DNA of 64,000 nucleotides from assembly GCA_030390025.1 (NCBI GenBank), contig CM059432.1:77006001-77070000 (forward strand). Direction: 5' to 3'. The notes under the pieces were generated by a model, which had not been told where the DNA came from, searched no databases, and saw only the letters and a list, made by a program, of their open reading frames with translations. The stretch is from Squalus acanthias. Lineage: Eukaryota. Position numbers and translations under genes: made by a program. The stretch's first letter is position 1; each line of letters starts with the position of its first letter. Shown here piece after piece: positions 51,524 through 64,000 of the stretch.

Positions 51524-52289
51524 GGGCTGGATTTTCAATGACCCGTGGAGTCGGGTTTGGAGGCGTGTGGGGGGTTAAAGTTGCAGATTCGGGGGTCCCG
51601 AACCCATCCCGACTCCATTCCGCCTCCACGCAATTTTGACAAAATCGGTCGCGGGGTTCCCGACTCCGTCCTGCCTCCAAGAGGCGGGAGAGGCCATTAA
51701 AGCCCATTACAAGCCCTAAATTGGCTCTGTAATGCCATTTTGAAACATTTTAGCTAGTTTAACCCTTTTCCGACATAAAGTACGCCTGATGTGAAACACG
51801 CCAGTGAAACCTGGCGGGAGCACAAGTGGATAGCTGACTATCAGCTGCAGGTCCACTATTACAATGGAGATGTGATGAAGGTAGTAGTAGTATTGTGATG
51901 AAGGTAGTAGTAGTATTAGGTCTGAAAGTCGCCTCTGTTGCTGCTGCATTGAATGTCTTCAGAGACTGCCTGGGAGGACTTGGTTGCAAAAAAAATTCTC
52001 TCTCTCTCTCAGATGCTGCTCATTTTGCATTCAGGTCCTCTCACAGCAAAGGCCAGGCAATCTCTGAGACCAGGCAGTCTCTACAATGATGGTCCCTGCA
52101 ATGATGACATCATCAGAGGCGACTTTCAGACTGAAACCACTAATTGGTTCATGGGTTCCCACATGCTGGAACTTAATTGCCCAATTAAGTGAAAATTGCA
52201 TCGTTCATCCACATTAATCTGGAGTCGGGGGGGCAACACGAAATGCGGGTAACACGACCCCAACCCGACCCCAAGACAAAATCCAGCCC
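51524..52289. mobile_element. PIF/Harbinger-type MITE
   Basis: Perfect 12-bp TIRs GGGCTGGATTTT; ACA duplication at 51521-51523 and 52290-52292; subtermini resemble those of elements A and C. Confidence 0.88.
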
Positions 52290-52789
52290 ACAATCTTTGG
52301 CTTACAGTTGGAGGTTAAAAATGCGGGTGGTCAGTTTTGGCAGTTAGAAGTAGTCTGAAAGTAAGGTAATGTCAAAAACAAGTAAATCAGCTCATGAAAT
52401 ACATGGTTTATTATTTCTTCCCCCTTTCTTTTGAGGAGAGAAGTGACATTAACCTATGTATGTGGAACTTGCTTTCACTGTTGCGTTGCTTGTTCACTTG
52501 TTGCCTGTGAAATAAATTGTATATTCATTTATATCTGGCCTCATCTTACCAGGTGTGTTCTCAGTCCATCTTCAATAAAGTAGGTGGTGTATGTGAGGGC
52601 ATGTGAGAAAGATCCGAATGTTGAGTTCAGGTCATAAGGGGGTCCCCATTGTTACACCCCTGAGTGGCTAACGTTACTGTATTGCCATATGTTGGGCAGT
52701 ATGGGCACATTCCTAAATGTAAGATGCAAACACTGCTTACAGTGTTAGGAATGTGAATTTTGTAATATATGGACAAAGGCTGCGGTCCT

Positions 52790-52910
52790 CTGCCTATATT
52801 CCTACATTACAACAGTGACTACACTTCAAAAAAGTACTCAACTGACTGTAAAGCGCTTTGGGATGTCCGGTGGTCGTGAAAGGCGCTATATAAATGCAAG
52901 TCTTTCTTTC
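52790..52910 (+). mobile_element. DeuSINE/L2-type 3' tail fragment
   Basis: Reverse complement of 13750-13865; ends ggcgctatataaatgcaagtctttctttc. Confidence 0.85.
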
Positions 52911-54655
52911 TATATGCCAACGATGAATTCTTGGACACGGAGTAAAACACTTGCTGTTTATTAAAGATTAAATGTCATACATATTCCCGACCAACACAGA
53001 GATCACAAATGATGTTTTGCCACAGAAGATACACACATTACAGCTCAACCCTCCAGATGTCTTCGTTCATCTCCTAACCTCATATTACAATGGTCTTGCT
53101 TTTAAGCTCAGCTAAACGCCATTACATCACCTCCTCCATGACTTTCACTCTTGGTTTTACATTAGGTATTATTAGCTCAACATAGCAAAACTCAAAAAGG
53201 CTCCACAGCATGAGTGCATTACCTAACAGCCTACTATATCTATTTACTTGTACAGAAAGGAATACACATATAGATGTATCCATAAGAAGATTAGAACTAT
53301 CCAAGGCTCTGTTATATGACAGCTACAGCCTTACCGATATTGCTTGTCAGCTACATTTGCAGTTTTTTTTAATTCTAAGATTTAGCTACAGACCTTAACA
53401 TAAAATGGAACTTAAAACAAGTGATTATTTTGTGTAAAATGGATTGCTTCATTATTATGCAATGTTAACCTCTAACATGAGTAAGCAGCATTGCTGTACC
53501 TGAGATAATATAAGGCAGAGCATAATGCAAGTTTTATTTTCTCATTACAACATAATAGTATATTAATATACAGAACATTTAAAAATAAAGGGGGAGACAT
53601 CAAGGGTTGTGGGACCACAGGCTTTTTTAACCTGCATTTCAGTAACAGCAACTTTTTACAGGAATATTAGAGAAATTAATAAAATGCAGCAAAGTAATGT
53701 ATTTCAGAGTTTTATCATGACAAAATGTATTTATCACATTCAGACCAAAATTAATATTTGGGTAGAGTTTAATCATAGAATCATAGAATGATACAGCACA
53801 GAAGGAGGCCATTTGGCCCATCTTGCCTCTGCTGGGTCTTTGAAAGAGCTCTCCAATTAATCCCACTCCCCTGCTCTTTCTCCATAGCCCTGTAATTTTT
53901 TCCCCTTCATTATTTGTCCAATTCCCTTGTGAATGTTACTACTGAATCTGCTTCCACCACCCTTTCAGGCAATGAATTCCAGATCACAACAACTTGTTGC
54001 GTAAAACTTTGTTTCCTCAAGTTGCCTCTGGTTCTTTTGCCAATCACCTTAAATCTGTGTCCTCTGGTTACTGACCCTTCTGTCACTGGAAACAGTTTCT
54101 CCTGATTTACTCTATCAAAACCCTTCATGATTTTCAATACCTCTATCAAATCTCCTTTTAACTCTCTCTGCTCTAAGGAGAACCCCAACTTCTCCAGTCT
54201 CTCCACATAACTGAAGTCCCTCATCCCTGGTACCATTCGTGTGAATCTTCTCTGCACCTTCTCAAAGGCCTGGACATCCTTCCTACAGTGTGGTGCCCAG
54301 AATTGAACACAATACTCCGGCTGAGGCCTAACCAATGTTTTATAAAGGTTTAGCATAATTTCCTTGTTTTTGTACTCTAAAGCCGGAATTTTCTGTACCT
54401 GGTCGGGTGCGGGCGGTGCGACCCTGTTCTTGATTCCATGCTGCTCCTCAGATCGACTTTGTGTTAATGGGGCCTATTAAGGCCACCCTGCGCGTTACCT
54501 GGCCCTACTACATGGTGCGGGTTTGATGAAGTCTGCAATGACACGTTTTCAGCCAGGATATTTAAAGGAGCCATGGCCATATTGCATTTGAAGGCTCATC
54601 TAGGAGTGTGCAGGCAGCACACTGCACAATTGGACTGCTGGAAAGAGTGCCAAAT

Positions 54656-56542
54656 ATGACTGCACTGAGAGAGAGGGCTGCACCCAGGTTCTCCGATGAC
54701 TTCCTCCAAATGCTTGTGGAGGGAGTCAGAGCATGCAGGGAGGCCCTCTTCCCTTCTAATGGGGGGGAAGAGATCTCCCCAGGAGACCAAAAGAGCCTGG
54801 CTCCAAATAGCAGAGGAGGTAAACAGCAGGGATGTGGTCAGGAGGACATGGGTGAAGTGCCGGAAACGTTTCAATGATCTCATTAGATCAGGAAAGGTGA
54901 ATACAAAGCCACACTCAACTTCATCCTGCTGTGCCTCTCATCACATCCCCATCACTCTGCCTTCCCTACGCTGCTGCTACACATCCTTACTCACACCAAC
55001 TTACCTTGCACCTCCACCCATCCCTCTCTATCTATCTACATTAGCACATCCCCATATGACTAGCCACCCCTCACACTCAGCCTCATCCTAATGCAATCAT
55101 ACCAACTAACAACACACAAGGAGGCCACTTGGCATTTCCACCCCACTCCATCATAGTCACCCTCTAAAGATCTAACCCATCCATTCCTTGCACTCATGCC
55201 ATCACTCTCACTCAACCTCCTCTTCTTTCCCTCCTTGCAGGAAAAAAGAGCCCACAATAAGAGGGAGAAGGAGAGAACCGGAGGTGGGCCTCCATCATTG
55301 GTCACCCTAACATCAGCAGAGGAGGCTGCCTTGGAAGTTTCTGGAGTCGCCGAGCAGCTGGAGGTGGGAGACGGAGAGAGTGGGACATCTCAGCAACCTG
55401 GTGACAGAATTACATATCATACAGCTACATGGCATACAGCAGTCACTCATTTGGGGACTGATGTCAGCAGCCAGTGAATGGTCGTCATGTGCATAATGGT
55501 ATCTGTACCCATTCTTGATATGACGTATCTAACTCATCTCTTTACTCTTCCACAGGTCCATCAAGAGCCGCGCCCCCCCCCCCCCCCCCCCACTGTCCAG
55601 GAGGAAGAGGAAGACAACTCCTCAGAGGTGCCTCCAGCCTCTGAGGGTGCACCATCACCAGACATAAGCGCACCCAGCACCAGCGCAGATATGCACGCCT
55701 TGGTGGGTCCCACGCGAGACAGAGTAGTGTTGTCACCTGGTGTCTCACAACTCACAAGTCAGCAAGAGCAGATGGTGGAGACAGGGACAGTGGTGGAGAC
55801 TCCTTGCTGGAGGGCGCAGGACGCTCCCAGCTCTGCTCAGCAGCATGCAGACGCTGAGCTTCGGGGGCCATCAAGAAAGAGGGTGATCCTGGAGGTGTAG
55901 CAAGAAGTACAGAAGGCTTTGACAGGTTTTACGAGCGCAATGTCTGCAAATGTCCAGAGAATGGAGGGGTCCATCTCCAACATGAGCACCACCGTGTCGC
56001 AGGCAATGGCAACTGTAGGCTCTTCCATGGATAGGATGGCCACCTGCATGGAGCAGCTAATGCGCCACTCAGAGAAGCACATGGTCTGTCTGCAGAATAG
56101 ATGGCAGAGGCTCATAGACCACCTGTCCAGGAGGGATGTCAATGTAGACGTGGGTCCTCATGACCCCATTGATGTGCAGCAAGGTGCTCTCCAGCTCCTT
56201 GCTAGCAGGGAAGTGCAGGTGGGCCATGAGAGGGATGATGATGAGAGGGGACATGGAAGTGGGGACTCCTCTCAAAGCGCTCACTCTTCTCACCCATTGT
56301 CACCCCCTCAGTTAGAGCCCCAGATGGCTCCTCGGACAGCGATGGCCGAGTCTGCCCCTGCACAGTTGCAGGAGGAGCAGACTTATGCGGGGCCATCAAA
56401 GGCTCCAAAACCCAGAGGGCGTCCGCCAAAAGCGTCTAAGCAGTTGCAGCAGGGAAGTGAGCAGGCTGTTTCTACCTCTGCTGAAGCCACAGGGGTAGCA
56501 CCTCATAGAAGCACGCGTAAGAGAAAGATGACACACAAGTAG
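54656..56542 (+). pseudogene. Harbinger Myb/SANT gene of element C; exons 54656-54896, 55241-55400, 55556-56542
   Basis: RERAAPRFSDDFLQMLV...AWLQIAEEVNSRDVVRRTWVKCRKRFNDL|EKRAHNKREKERTGGG; GT-AG splice sites; G-run frameshift at ~54761 and premature TAG at 55898; C-terminal PRGRPPK and RKRK. Confidence 0.88.
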
Positions 56543-56837
56543 ATGCACAACGGTAGCCACTTGGGTGTTTTGTTAAATGATTCTGTAAAGTTTCCGTAAC
56601 TGTAATGTCACACATAAAAATCTTTATTTTAACCACTTTCCGGTCATGGACAAATTTATGTGTACCTTTGGAAGTGGCTTAGTGAGTTAGAGTGAATGGT
56701 GAGATATACGTTACCTCCCGCAATGGGGGTCAGTGTGAATGGAATGGCTTGGTCATTGTAGGGATGTTTTATGGTGTTGCTGTGGGCTGGTCAACCTGGT
56801 GCAGCATGTGGCAGCCATATGGATGTAATGCGTAAAC

Positions 56838-58015
56838 TTAAGTAAATCTGGCCATGATGAGCCCATCCCTGGCCTCCCGGGCAGCAATGTGCTCGGCTGC
56901 TTGTGGGATCTGGACTGTAGCTTCCTCCTTCTCCTCTGAAGAGTTTGTGCGCTCAGTGCCTTGTTCCTCATGCAGCGCCAATCCTCGCTGCTGCGCTATG
57001 TTGTGCAGGGCGCAGCAGACCACGACGATTCTGGAGACCCTGGCTGATGCATACTGAAGGGCTCCTCCAGATCTGTCAAGGCATCTGAAGCACATTTTCA
57101 GCATGCCTATTGTCTGCTCTATGACACATTTGGTGGAAATGTGGCTTTCATTATCTCTCTCCTCGGCCTTAGTACTTGGCCTCCTCAAGGGTGTCATGAG
57201 CCACGTCTTCAGTGGATAGCCCTTGTCTCCAAGCAGCCAGCCAGAAAGTCTGTTTGGAGGAGTGAAGAGCTGAGGGAGGGTGGACTGGTGAAGGACGAAA
57301 GAGTCATGGCAGCTGCCAGGGAATTTGGCGCACACATGCATGATGATCTTCTTATGGTTGCAGATGAGCTGCACATTGAGGGAGTGGAAACCCTTGCGGT
57401 TGACAAAGACTCCTGGGTGATGATGAGGTGGCCCTGATGGCCACGTTTGCAGTCAATGACGCCCTGCACCCATGGGAAGCCAGCCAGAGTGATAACACTG
57501 GCTTCATCAGTGGCAAAGTTAATGTAATTGGCTGACTTGTCAAAGAGGGCATCGGTGACCTGTGTGATGCATCTGTGTGCGGCCGACTGCGAGATGCCGC
57601 TAATGTCTGCTGCAGATCCCTGGAAAGAGCCTGAGGTGAAGAAGTTGAGGGTGCTGGAGACTTTGACAGACACTGGTGAGGCGTGTCCACCCACTCCTCT
57701 GGGTTGCAAGTCTTGCTCGAGCAATGTGCAAATGTCAGCGATGACCTGGCTCGATAGCCTGAGCCTCCTTTGGCACTGCTGCTCAGTCATGTTGAGGAAG
57801 CTCATCCTCTGCCTGTATACCCTGTGTTGGGGGTATCGCCTCCAGCACAGTGCAGCCCTGTGCTGATGCCCTCTGTCCTGTGCAGCATCAGGTGGTTGAG
57901 GAGAAGGTTGGTGATGTTGTTGTTGGTGGTGCTGGTGTGCCTGTTGCTGCTGGTGTTGGGGCTCATTGTGGTCCGATTCTGAGGACCAAGGTGAGACAGT
58001 ATAAACAGCACCCAT
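56838..58015 (-). pseudogene. HARBI1-like DDE transposase of element C
   Basis: [66 protein letters not shown]; frameshifted. Confidence 0.93.
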
Positions 58016-58770
58016 GCTGATGGAATAGATGGCAGCTCAAGTAGAGATGACAGAAGCAATCTGTCAATGAGGTGATAGGTTCTAACAATGAGGTGACACT
58101 GCATGGCGACTTTGCTGGAAACACTTGCAGCCTGTAGAAAGCTAAATCTGTGCTGGCAATACAGTCAGCAACAGCTTCTACCTGAGGAAAGTGACCAGCT
58201 GTGAGGTGGGAATTTTTATTCTACTTTTCATGCTGTGCACTAATCAGCTGGATCAATGGCCACTCAACTTCCGCCTCAGGTTGACAGACGTGGTTCCCGA
58301 GTTGCGTGATTCCCGTGGTCATCCAGTGAACTTTGAAAGGTGGGGTTAAAAAGATTAGCTCGCCCGCCTCTGCCGTTCGGGTCACTGCAGCACCGGCAAA
58401 CGCGCCCGAGGGAAAGGTGTATGGGGGCGGGATGACAGCGGGTTCCTGACCCGCTGCGAGATTTTTCAAATTTCCCACCCAACCTGCCTCCAATGGCACC
58501 CGCACGGACCCCAGAAAATTCCGGCCTATGCCTCTATTAATAAAGCCAAGGATCCCACATGCTTTTTAAATAACCTTCTTAACTTTTCCTGCCACCTTCA
58601 AAGATTTGTGTACATACACCCCCGGTCCCTCTGTTGCTGCACCCCTTTAACACTGTACTATTTACATAAAGTATTTTCAATTCCTAGTTTGGAGCTTCAC
58701 GTGCCAAGAGCACATATTGGGAATTTGGGGCGGGGGTTCATCAGACCCTGCATCACCATGGATGGAAAAT

Positions 58771-59515
58771 CATCCCAGCCCAGTACACCGCCATCCCCAC
58801 CCAGTACACCGCCATCCCCACCCAGTACACCGTCATCCCCACCCAGTACACTGCCATCCCCACCCAGTACACTGCCATCCCCACCCAGTACACTGTCATC
58901 CCCACCCAGTACACTGCCATCCCCACCCAGTACACCGCCATCCCCACCCAGTACACCGCCATCCCCACCCAGTACACCGCCATCCCCACCCAGTACACCG
59001 CCATCCCCACCCAGTACACGCCATCCCCACCCAGTACACCGCCATCCCCACCCAGTACACCGCCATCCCCACCCAGTACACCGCCATCCCCACCCAGTAC
59101 ACCGCCATCCCCACCCAGTACACTGCCATCCCCACCCAGTACACCGCCATCCCCACCCAGTACACCGCCATCCCCACCCAGTACACCGCCATCCCCACCC
59201 AGTACACCGCCATCCCCACCCAGTACACCGCCATCCCCACCCAGTACACTGCCATCCCCACCCAGTACACTGCCATCCCCACCCAGTACACTGTCATCCC
59301 AGCCCAGTACACTGCCATCCCCACCCAGTACACCGCCATCCCCACCCAGTACACTGCCATCCCCACCCAGTACACTGCCATCCCCACCCAGTACACTGCC
59401 ATCCCCACCCAGTACACTGCCATCCCCACCCAGTACACTGCCATCCCCACCCAGTACACTGCCATCCCCACCCAGTACACCGCCATCCCCACCCAGTACA
59501 CCGCCATCCCCACCA
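58771..59515. repeat. 21-bp minisatellite (CCATCCCCACCCAGTACACYG)n, about 35 units
   Basis: Directly visible, highly homogeneous array. Confidence 0.97.
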
Positions 59516-59925
59516 GCAGCTCAATTCTTGATGTGTGTTTCCGCTGCATGAAATTCCATTTTGGCAATGTTAGTTCCTGAAATCTATCCTATCTCAAGTT
59601 CAGCGTCAGGTAAAACGCTCTGAAAGTTATGCATCGTTTGGGAAGTAGGACATTTTTGAACTTTTCAGGAATTTTTCTTCACTGTGAACAAAGGGAGAAT
59701 TACAACATTATACTACTTGCAATTGAAAAGTTGCTTTCTTTTTCTACTCATCAAAGACAGAAAATAACATACTCCATGCCCGATAGAATTTCCCAGATTT
59801 GATACAGCTAAAGTCAGCAAGCATCATTCCGGTTTTGTCAGTATAAGAATCAAACTGTATACAATTTCTGATTGATCAATATATAATTTTCTCAGTTCCA
59901 AAATAGAAGTTTAATGTGTGTTTCT

Positions 59926-60216
59926 TCACTGATGCCATTTATAGCGGAATTGGACATCAGAATCTGGTAATAAGATGCCGAAGCCTGCGCGATTATTTTC
60001 AAATCCTACTGACTTCTCCCCTTGGACTATTTCCATGTCAAATGAACCCAGCATTATTGAGAGAAACATTTTTATCTCACTGACTGCAAAGTGTCTCCCA
60101 GGACACATACTGGGTCCAGAACCAAAAGGCATCAAATAATACCGAAGCTTCTTTCCTCCCTTGTAAAAGGCAGTCTTCTCCATTCCATTTTCTACAAAAC
60201 GGTTATACTTGTACAC
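59926..60216 (-). CDS. CYP7B1: Terminal coding exon of a CYP7-family cytochrome P450 (oxysterol 7-alpha-hydroxylase)
   Basis: Heme motif PFGSGPSMCPGR; acceptor tttccAG at 60218-60217; GKKLRYYLMPFG and PDSDVQFRYK resemble CYP7B1; convergent with BHLHE22. Upstream exons lie outside the window. Confidence 0.85.
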   Translation of the reverse strand: MYKYNRFVENGMEKTAFYKGGKKLRYYLMPFGSGPSMCPGRHFAVSEIKMFLSIMLGSFDMEIVQGEKSVGFENNRAGFGILLPDSDVQFRYKWHQ

Positions 60217-62587
60217 CTGGAAATATATGTAAAATAAAAATTAAAAGAAAGTTCTTTATGTATAACGATAAGAAAGATAGGTGAAATTTGCCTCGCGCAG
60301 TAGCGCAGAATTGGCGATAGCAAATCAGTGGCCCATGTTACACTCTGCCCGATTTTCTTTTCCATTCACTTCAGTGCCACTGAATTTTATCCAGTGCCCA
60401 CTAATAGAAAATGCATGTGCATGACTGTCAGGTGAGATGAGCATTGGCCTTGGCTTTGGCGCTCTCCATAATCGAACAGTCTGCCAATACTTACTGGCTA
60501 GGATTGCACATGCAGAATGGCCAATTGAGTGAGGTGCCAGAAAGTTGGCAACATCCGTGGTCAAAAAAGTGTCTTGGAAAGAGAAAGGGAGAACATTGTA
60601 GAATATTGTTAATAAAAACCAGAACAAAATTAAATAAAATATTTTAATTCAAAACTATACTTATATAATTGTCTTGATTACACTTCAAATAGTTTGAAAG
60701 TAAAATGCCAATTGTAGGTTTTGTGGAACGCAGAGTCACTTTTGTGGACCTTAAGAGAAATAAAGCTGTTAAATTTATAACTTGTGGAAAGGTTTGTCAG
60801 TTTCATACATATTCATTAACTTACATATTATTGTTGCAAAAGATATAGGTTGCTGTGAAATGCATCCTGAACTAAGTAAATGTCAGAAATTACAATGTTG
60901 TTTCAATTGGGTTTGGAAAAGACACTAAAGAAAGCTGGAGATTCAGATTAACTGTGAAAATTCAAATTTGCTTACCACAAAGTGGAACACAATCTGTTCG
61001 CCAACTCTCTTTTTTACTTTCTCACTTCTCTATTGATTGCCAAGGATTCTATTAAGCCACTGTGAAAACACTTGGCACTCTACAATTTAATGCAGTGTTC
61101 CTAAGTATTTGAGTAATTTTAGATTTTGAATATTTTAGTTTGTTTAGATTATTTTTGTCCAATATACTGTAATCTCAGGTCTGTGTGTGCCTGGGCAATC
61201 ATTTAATCAGTTTACTTGAAGGCTGTTCTTTAATGTAATGGTTATTCATGACTAAGTTATAACTTACGCTGTACTGAAACTAAATAAATGAAAAGCAAAG
61301 CAAATAGACAGCATTCAATGTTCTGTCTTAGCGATTGATACTAGAGTTACATTATTATTATCTTTACATTTTTAAAGGTTTGAGCACTGCCCTTTCAAAA
61401 GAACTCTTATAAATATTCCACTGGCCAGAGGTTTAATCATTTTTGTAAATAATCCAAAATGTAATTTTATTAAACATCATTCATGGAGGACATAATAGTG
61501 ATATACAATGTATCAAATAATGACAGTAATCAAAGCGTTAATGGCCTTTCTGTGACCCCCGAGTACAATCGGAACACAAGCTTTTGCCAGGTTCTGAAAA
61601 TAAATATAACATGCACTGTTTAAGTGAGAGGGCAGAGGTAATGTTTTAAATCTGGACTTGTATTACCCATGTGCTTTGAACATTAATTTTCCTGTCATTT
61701 CCAATGCCTAAGACCAGTGGTCGAACTAGCAAAAGTAGCTGGGCTAGTATTAGTATATGATATATGAGTTATTCATAGTAATCATACTATGTAGATTCCT
61801 GTAAATTGCAGAAAAATATAAGGGTACATAGCAGCACCTGATGGTATTATCCTCCAGGTCAAAAGTCAGAATTTGTGAATAGAACCTTTCCCTGCCACTT
61901 AACCACAAGAGGTCTATCTGAATAAGTAATCAACTCATTGGGTACATAACAGAATTTATTTTTTAGCAAACAAAGTATAACAGATATCTGGGAAGGAAAC
62001 AAATCCTCATATAATGTATGTGGCCCAGAAAGCAGGTAATACATAGTTCTTTTCTCACAGACATGGGACATGGATTTATTCCATGAAGCACTCTCAGTAT
62101 CAGACATGACAACTCTTTTGTCATAACTACCTGTAAGTATTCTGAAGCAGCAACCAAAAATCAAAACCAAACACTCACTCACTCATGCTCCACAATTCAC
62201 TTACCAAAAAACTTTACAAGCCAAAACAAACTTGTACATACACCTCCTAAATAAAGTAGATCGAAACAAACCTCAGTAAGGCCATGCCTAATAACTCATA
62301 TGTATACACTGTAACCTCTGACAGCTAAATAGCAGCTAATGACTTCATAAGAACCCTGGTGTTAAATCCCCCAGGTATTCTGGTTTGCTACTACATACTG
62401 CATTGTACATCAAAAAGGACTACCATCTTGGACTAAAAACGCAAGTTTCTTTTTAAGTTTTAGTACAAAAGTTGTACACATACGTCATGCAAATGAAATA
62501 TCCCATAAAACTTTGTTGCATACTGTGTTTATCCTCGTGAAGCAAGCCTATATAACTCATGACTTTGTCACTGCTAAGTTCTATATC

Positions 62588-62855
62588 TCATAGGAACAGG
62601 AATAGGCCATTCAACCCCTCAAACCAGTTCTGCCATTCAATCAGATTACAGCTTATCTGTACCTCGTTTCCATTTAACCACCTTTGCTCCGTATCCCTTG
62701 ATACCCTTACATAACAAAAACGTCTATCGATTTCTGTCTTGAAAATTTCAATTGATACAGCATCTACAACCTTTCGAAGGGGGGGTTTCCAGATTTCCAC
62801 TACCCATTGTGTAAATAAGTGCTTCCTGATTTCACTCCTAAATGGCCTTGCTCCT
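62588..62855 (-). mobile_element. Degenerate CR1 3' fragment in the CYP7B1 intron
   Basis: RPFRSEIRKHLFTQWVVEIW...IFKTEIDR, matching the 3' ends of the other CR1 copies. Confidence 0.85.
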
Positions 62856-64000
62856 TCATTTGTGGAATAAACAAGGTGTTTGACATGCTCCTGTGCCATA
62901 TCCTCAGTATAATTCAGTCTTGGGAGCTTGATGGGTTTATAAACTGAAAGCACTCTAATGACCAGCATAATCATTAAAATAAATGAATGACAGACTTGTA
63001 ACTCTCTTCCAGATATCTGTTATTTTTATTTCCCTTCCCCATATCAAAATCAAGCAACTAGGCATATATTTGAAACCTGTAAAATTATACTTGTAAGTTT
63101 GAATTAGTTTTCATTCCATACATAACTATTGTTAGAGACTAATGAATACCTGGGAGTAAATTACAAGGGCTCAGGTGACATTAAATATGACTCAATAGTT
63201 TACAACCAACATCTGAGCCCTGAGACCACTTTACAGCCTTGAACTCAGGTTTTGTTTGCTTGTTTTTAATAATGATTTTAGTTATATTTTGGAGAGATGG
63301 GCATGGATTATTATTTGCTTTTCTAAATGCTCACAAGAGCTCCCAGCACATACAGCATCTGTCAATGTAATCCAGGGCGTTGATTCATGAGAACATTTAT
63401 GAAAGAGTATTAATGCTATGCAGCATAAACTAAACAATATTAACTAGTTGTATTCAGTGGTAGTTGACTGGGATTTAGTATACTAAGTATATATTATACT
63501 AAATTAAATGCTGGCCGGATCAAATTTTTTATCCTGAAGCAAAACTGTCAATTAATACTAATGACTGAATTTAATGTATTCATATACACATGTACATAGG
63601 AAGGTCACGGTGAGAAAAAAAGACAGCAGTGTTAGCTGCTGCTGAAACAGTCATCCCCCCTTTCCAACTTCAGCTCATAATTTAGTGTTAATGCTAGTTC
63701 CAGCAACAATTCACCAAATGCAATGTAGAACCTGATTGCATTTAATTTGCATGCAGGTGGTGAATCTCTGAAGCCACATTAAGGCTGAGCCAGGGTGGAT
63801 TAATTTCCAGTCTTTGATATTCATTAACTCTGGCTGCAGAAAAAAAACACAAGGAGATGACACAATTACCCTCAGAGCTTCACTGCAGAGCAACAGCTTC
63901 ACAATCTCAAGTTCACACCACCATATCAATTGATCAAGAAAGGGGAGAATCCTTATGAAGTGATGTGAAGCAACATACGGCTATTACAGGAATTTTTGGA

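Larger units (their letters stand above)
54381..58526. mobile_element. Harbinger transposon C, full-length two-gene element (~4.1 kb), coding decayed
   Basis: 15-bp TIRs agccggaattttctg / ggccggaattttctg (rc); flanks TAA / TAT; convergent Myb and transposase genes. Confidence 0.93.
53772..58630 (-). mobile_element. CR1 3' fragment (53772-54380 and 58527-58630), split by Harbinger C
   Basis: LYKTLVRPQPEYCVQFWAP, (ATTCTATG)n tail; the sequence resumes after element C. Confidence 0.88.

Noticed and set aside
56838..58015. Domesticated host HARBI1 gene
   Set aside because: Frameshifted, multicopy in the window and enclosed by TIRs, so it is a transposon copy.
58771..59515. CRISPR-like array
   Set aside because: Head-to-tail repeats with no unique spacers, no cas genes, and a eukaryotic context.
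58608..59580. Extensin- or His/Pro-rich ORFs in several frames
   Set aside because: Artefacts of a stop-free 21-bp tandem repeat.
60279..60392. Mini inverted-repeat element near the CYP7B1 acceptor
   Set aside because: The TIR match (ggtgaaatttg vs ggataaaattc) is too weak to call.

Overview
Vertebrate genomic DNA, most likely a cartilaginous fish (shark; inferred from the repeat complement). Two host genes converge, as in the conserved BHLHE22-CYP7B1 arrangement: the single-exon bHLH gene BHLHE22 (+, 3783-4631), inside a ~9 kb transposon-free, CpG-retaining domain, and the last coding exon of a CYP7 P450 (-, 59926-60216). The ~50 kb between them is a stack of nested mobile elements. It holds four PIF/Harbinger transposons (three with a convergent spliced Myb/SANT gene plus a HARBI1-type DDE nuclease, one doubly deleted), two Harbinger MITEs, several CR1 LINEs (one with an intact ORF2), an L2, a Penelope-like element with a hammerhead-ribozyme motif, tRNA-derived SINEs and two minisatellites. 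The most striking observation is at the CR1 ORF1/ORF2 junction. ORF2 has no usable AUG and is joined to ORF1 by a U_UUA_AAC heptamer in exactly the -1 frame, followed by G-runs. The heptamer and G-runs recur in two other divergent CR1 copies, which suggests programmed ribosomal frameshifting. All calls were made by eye; no searches were run.
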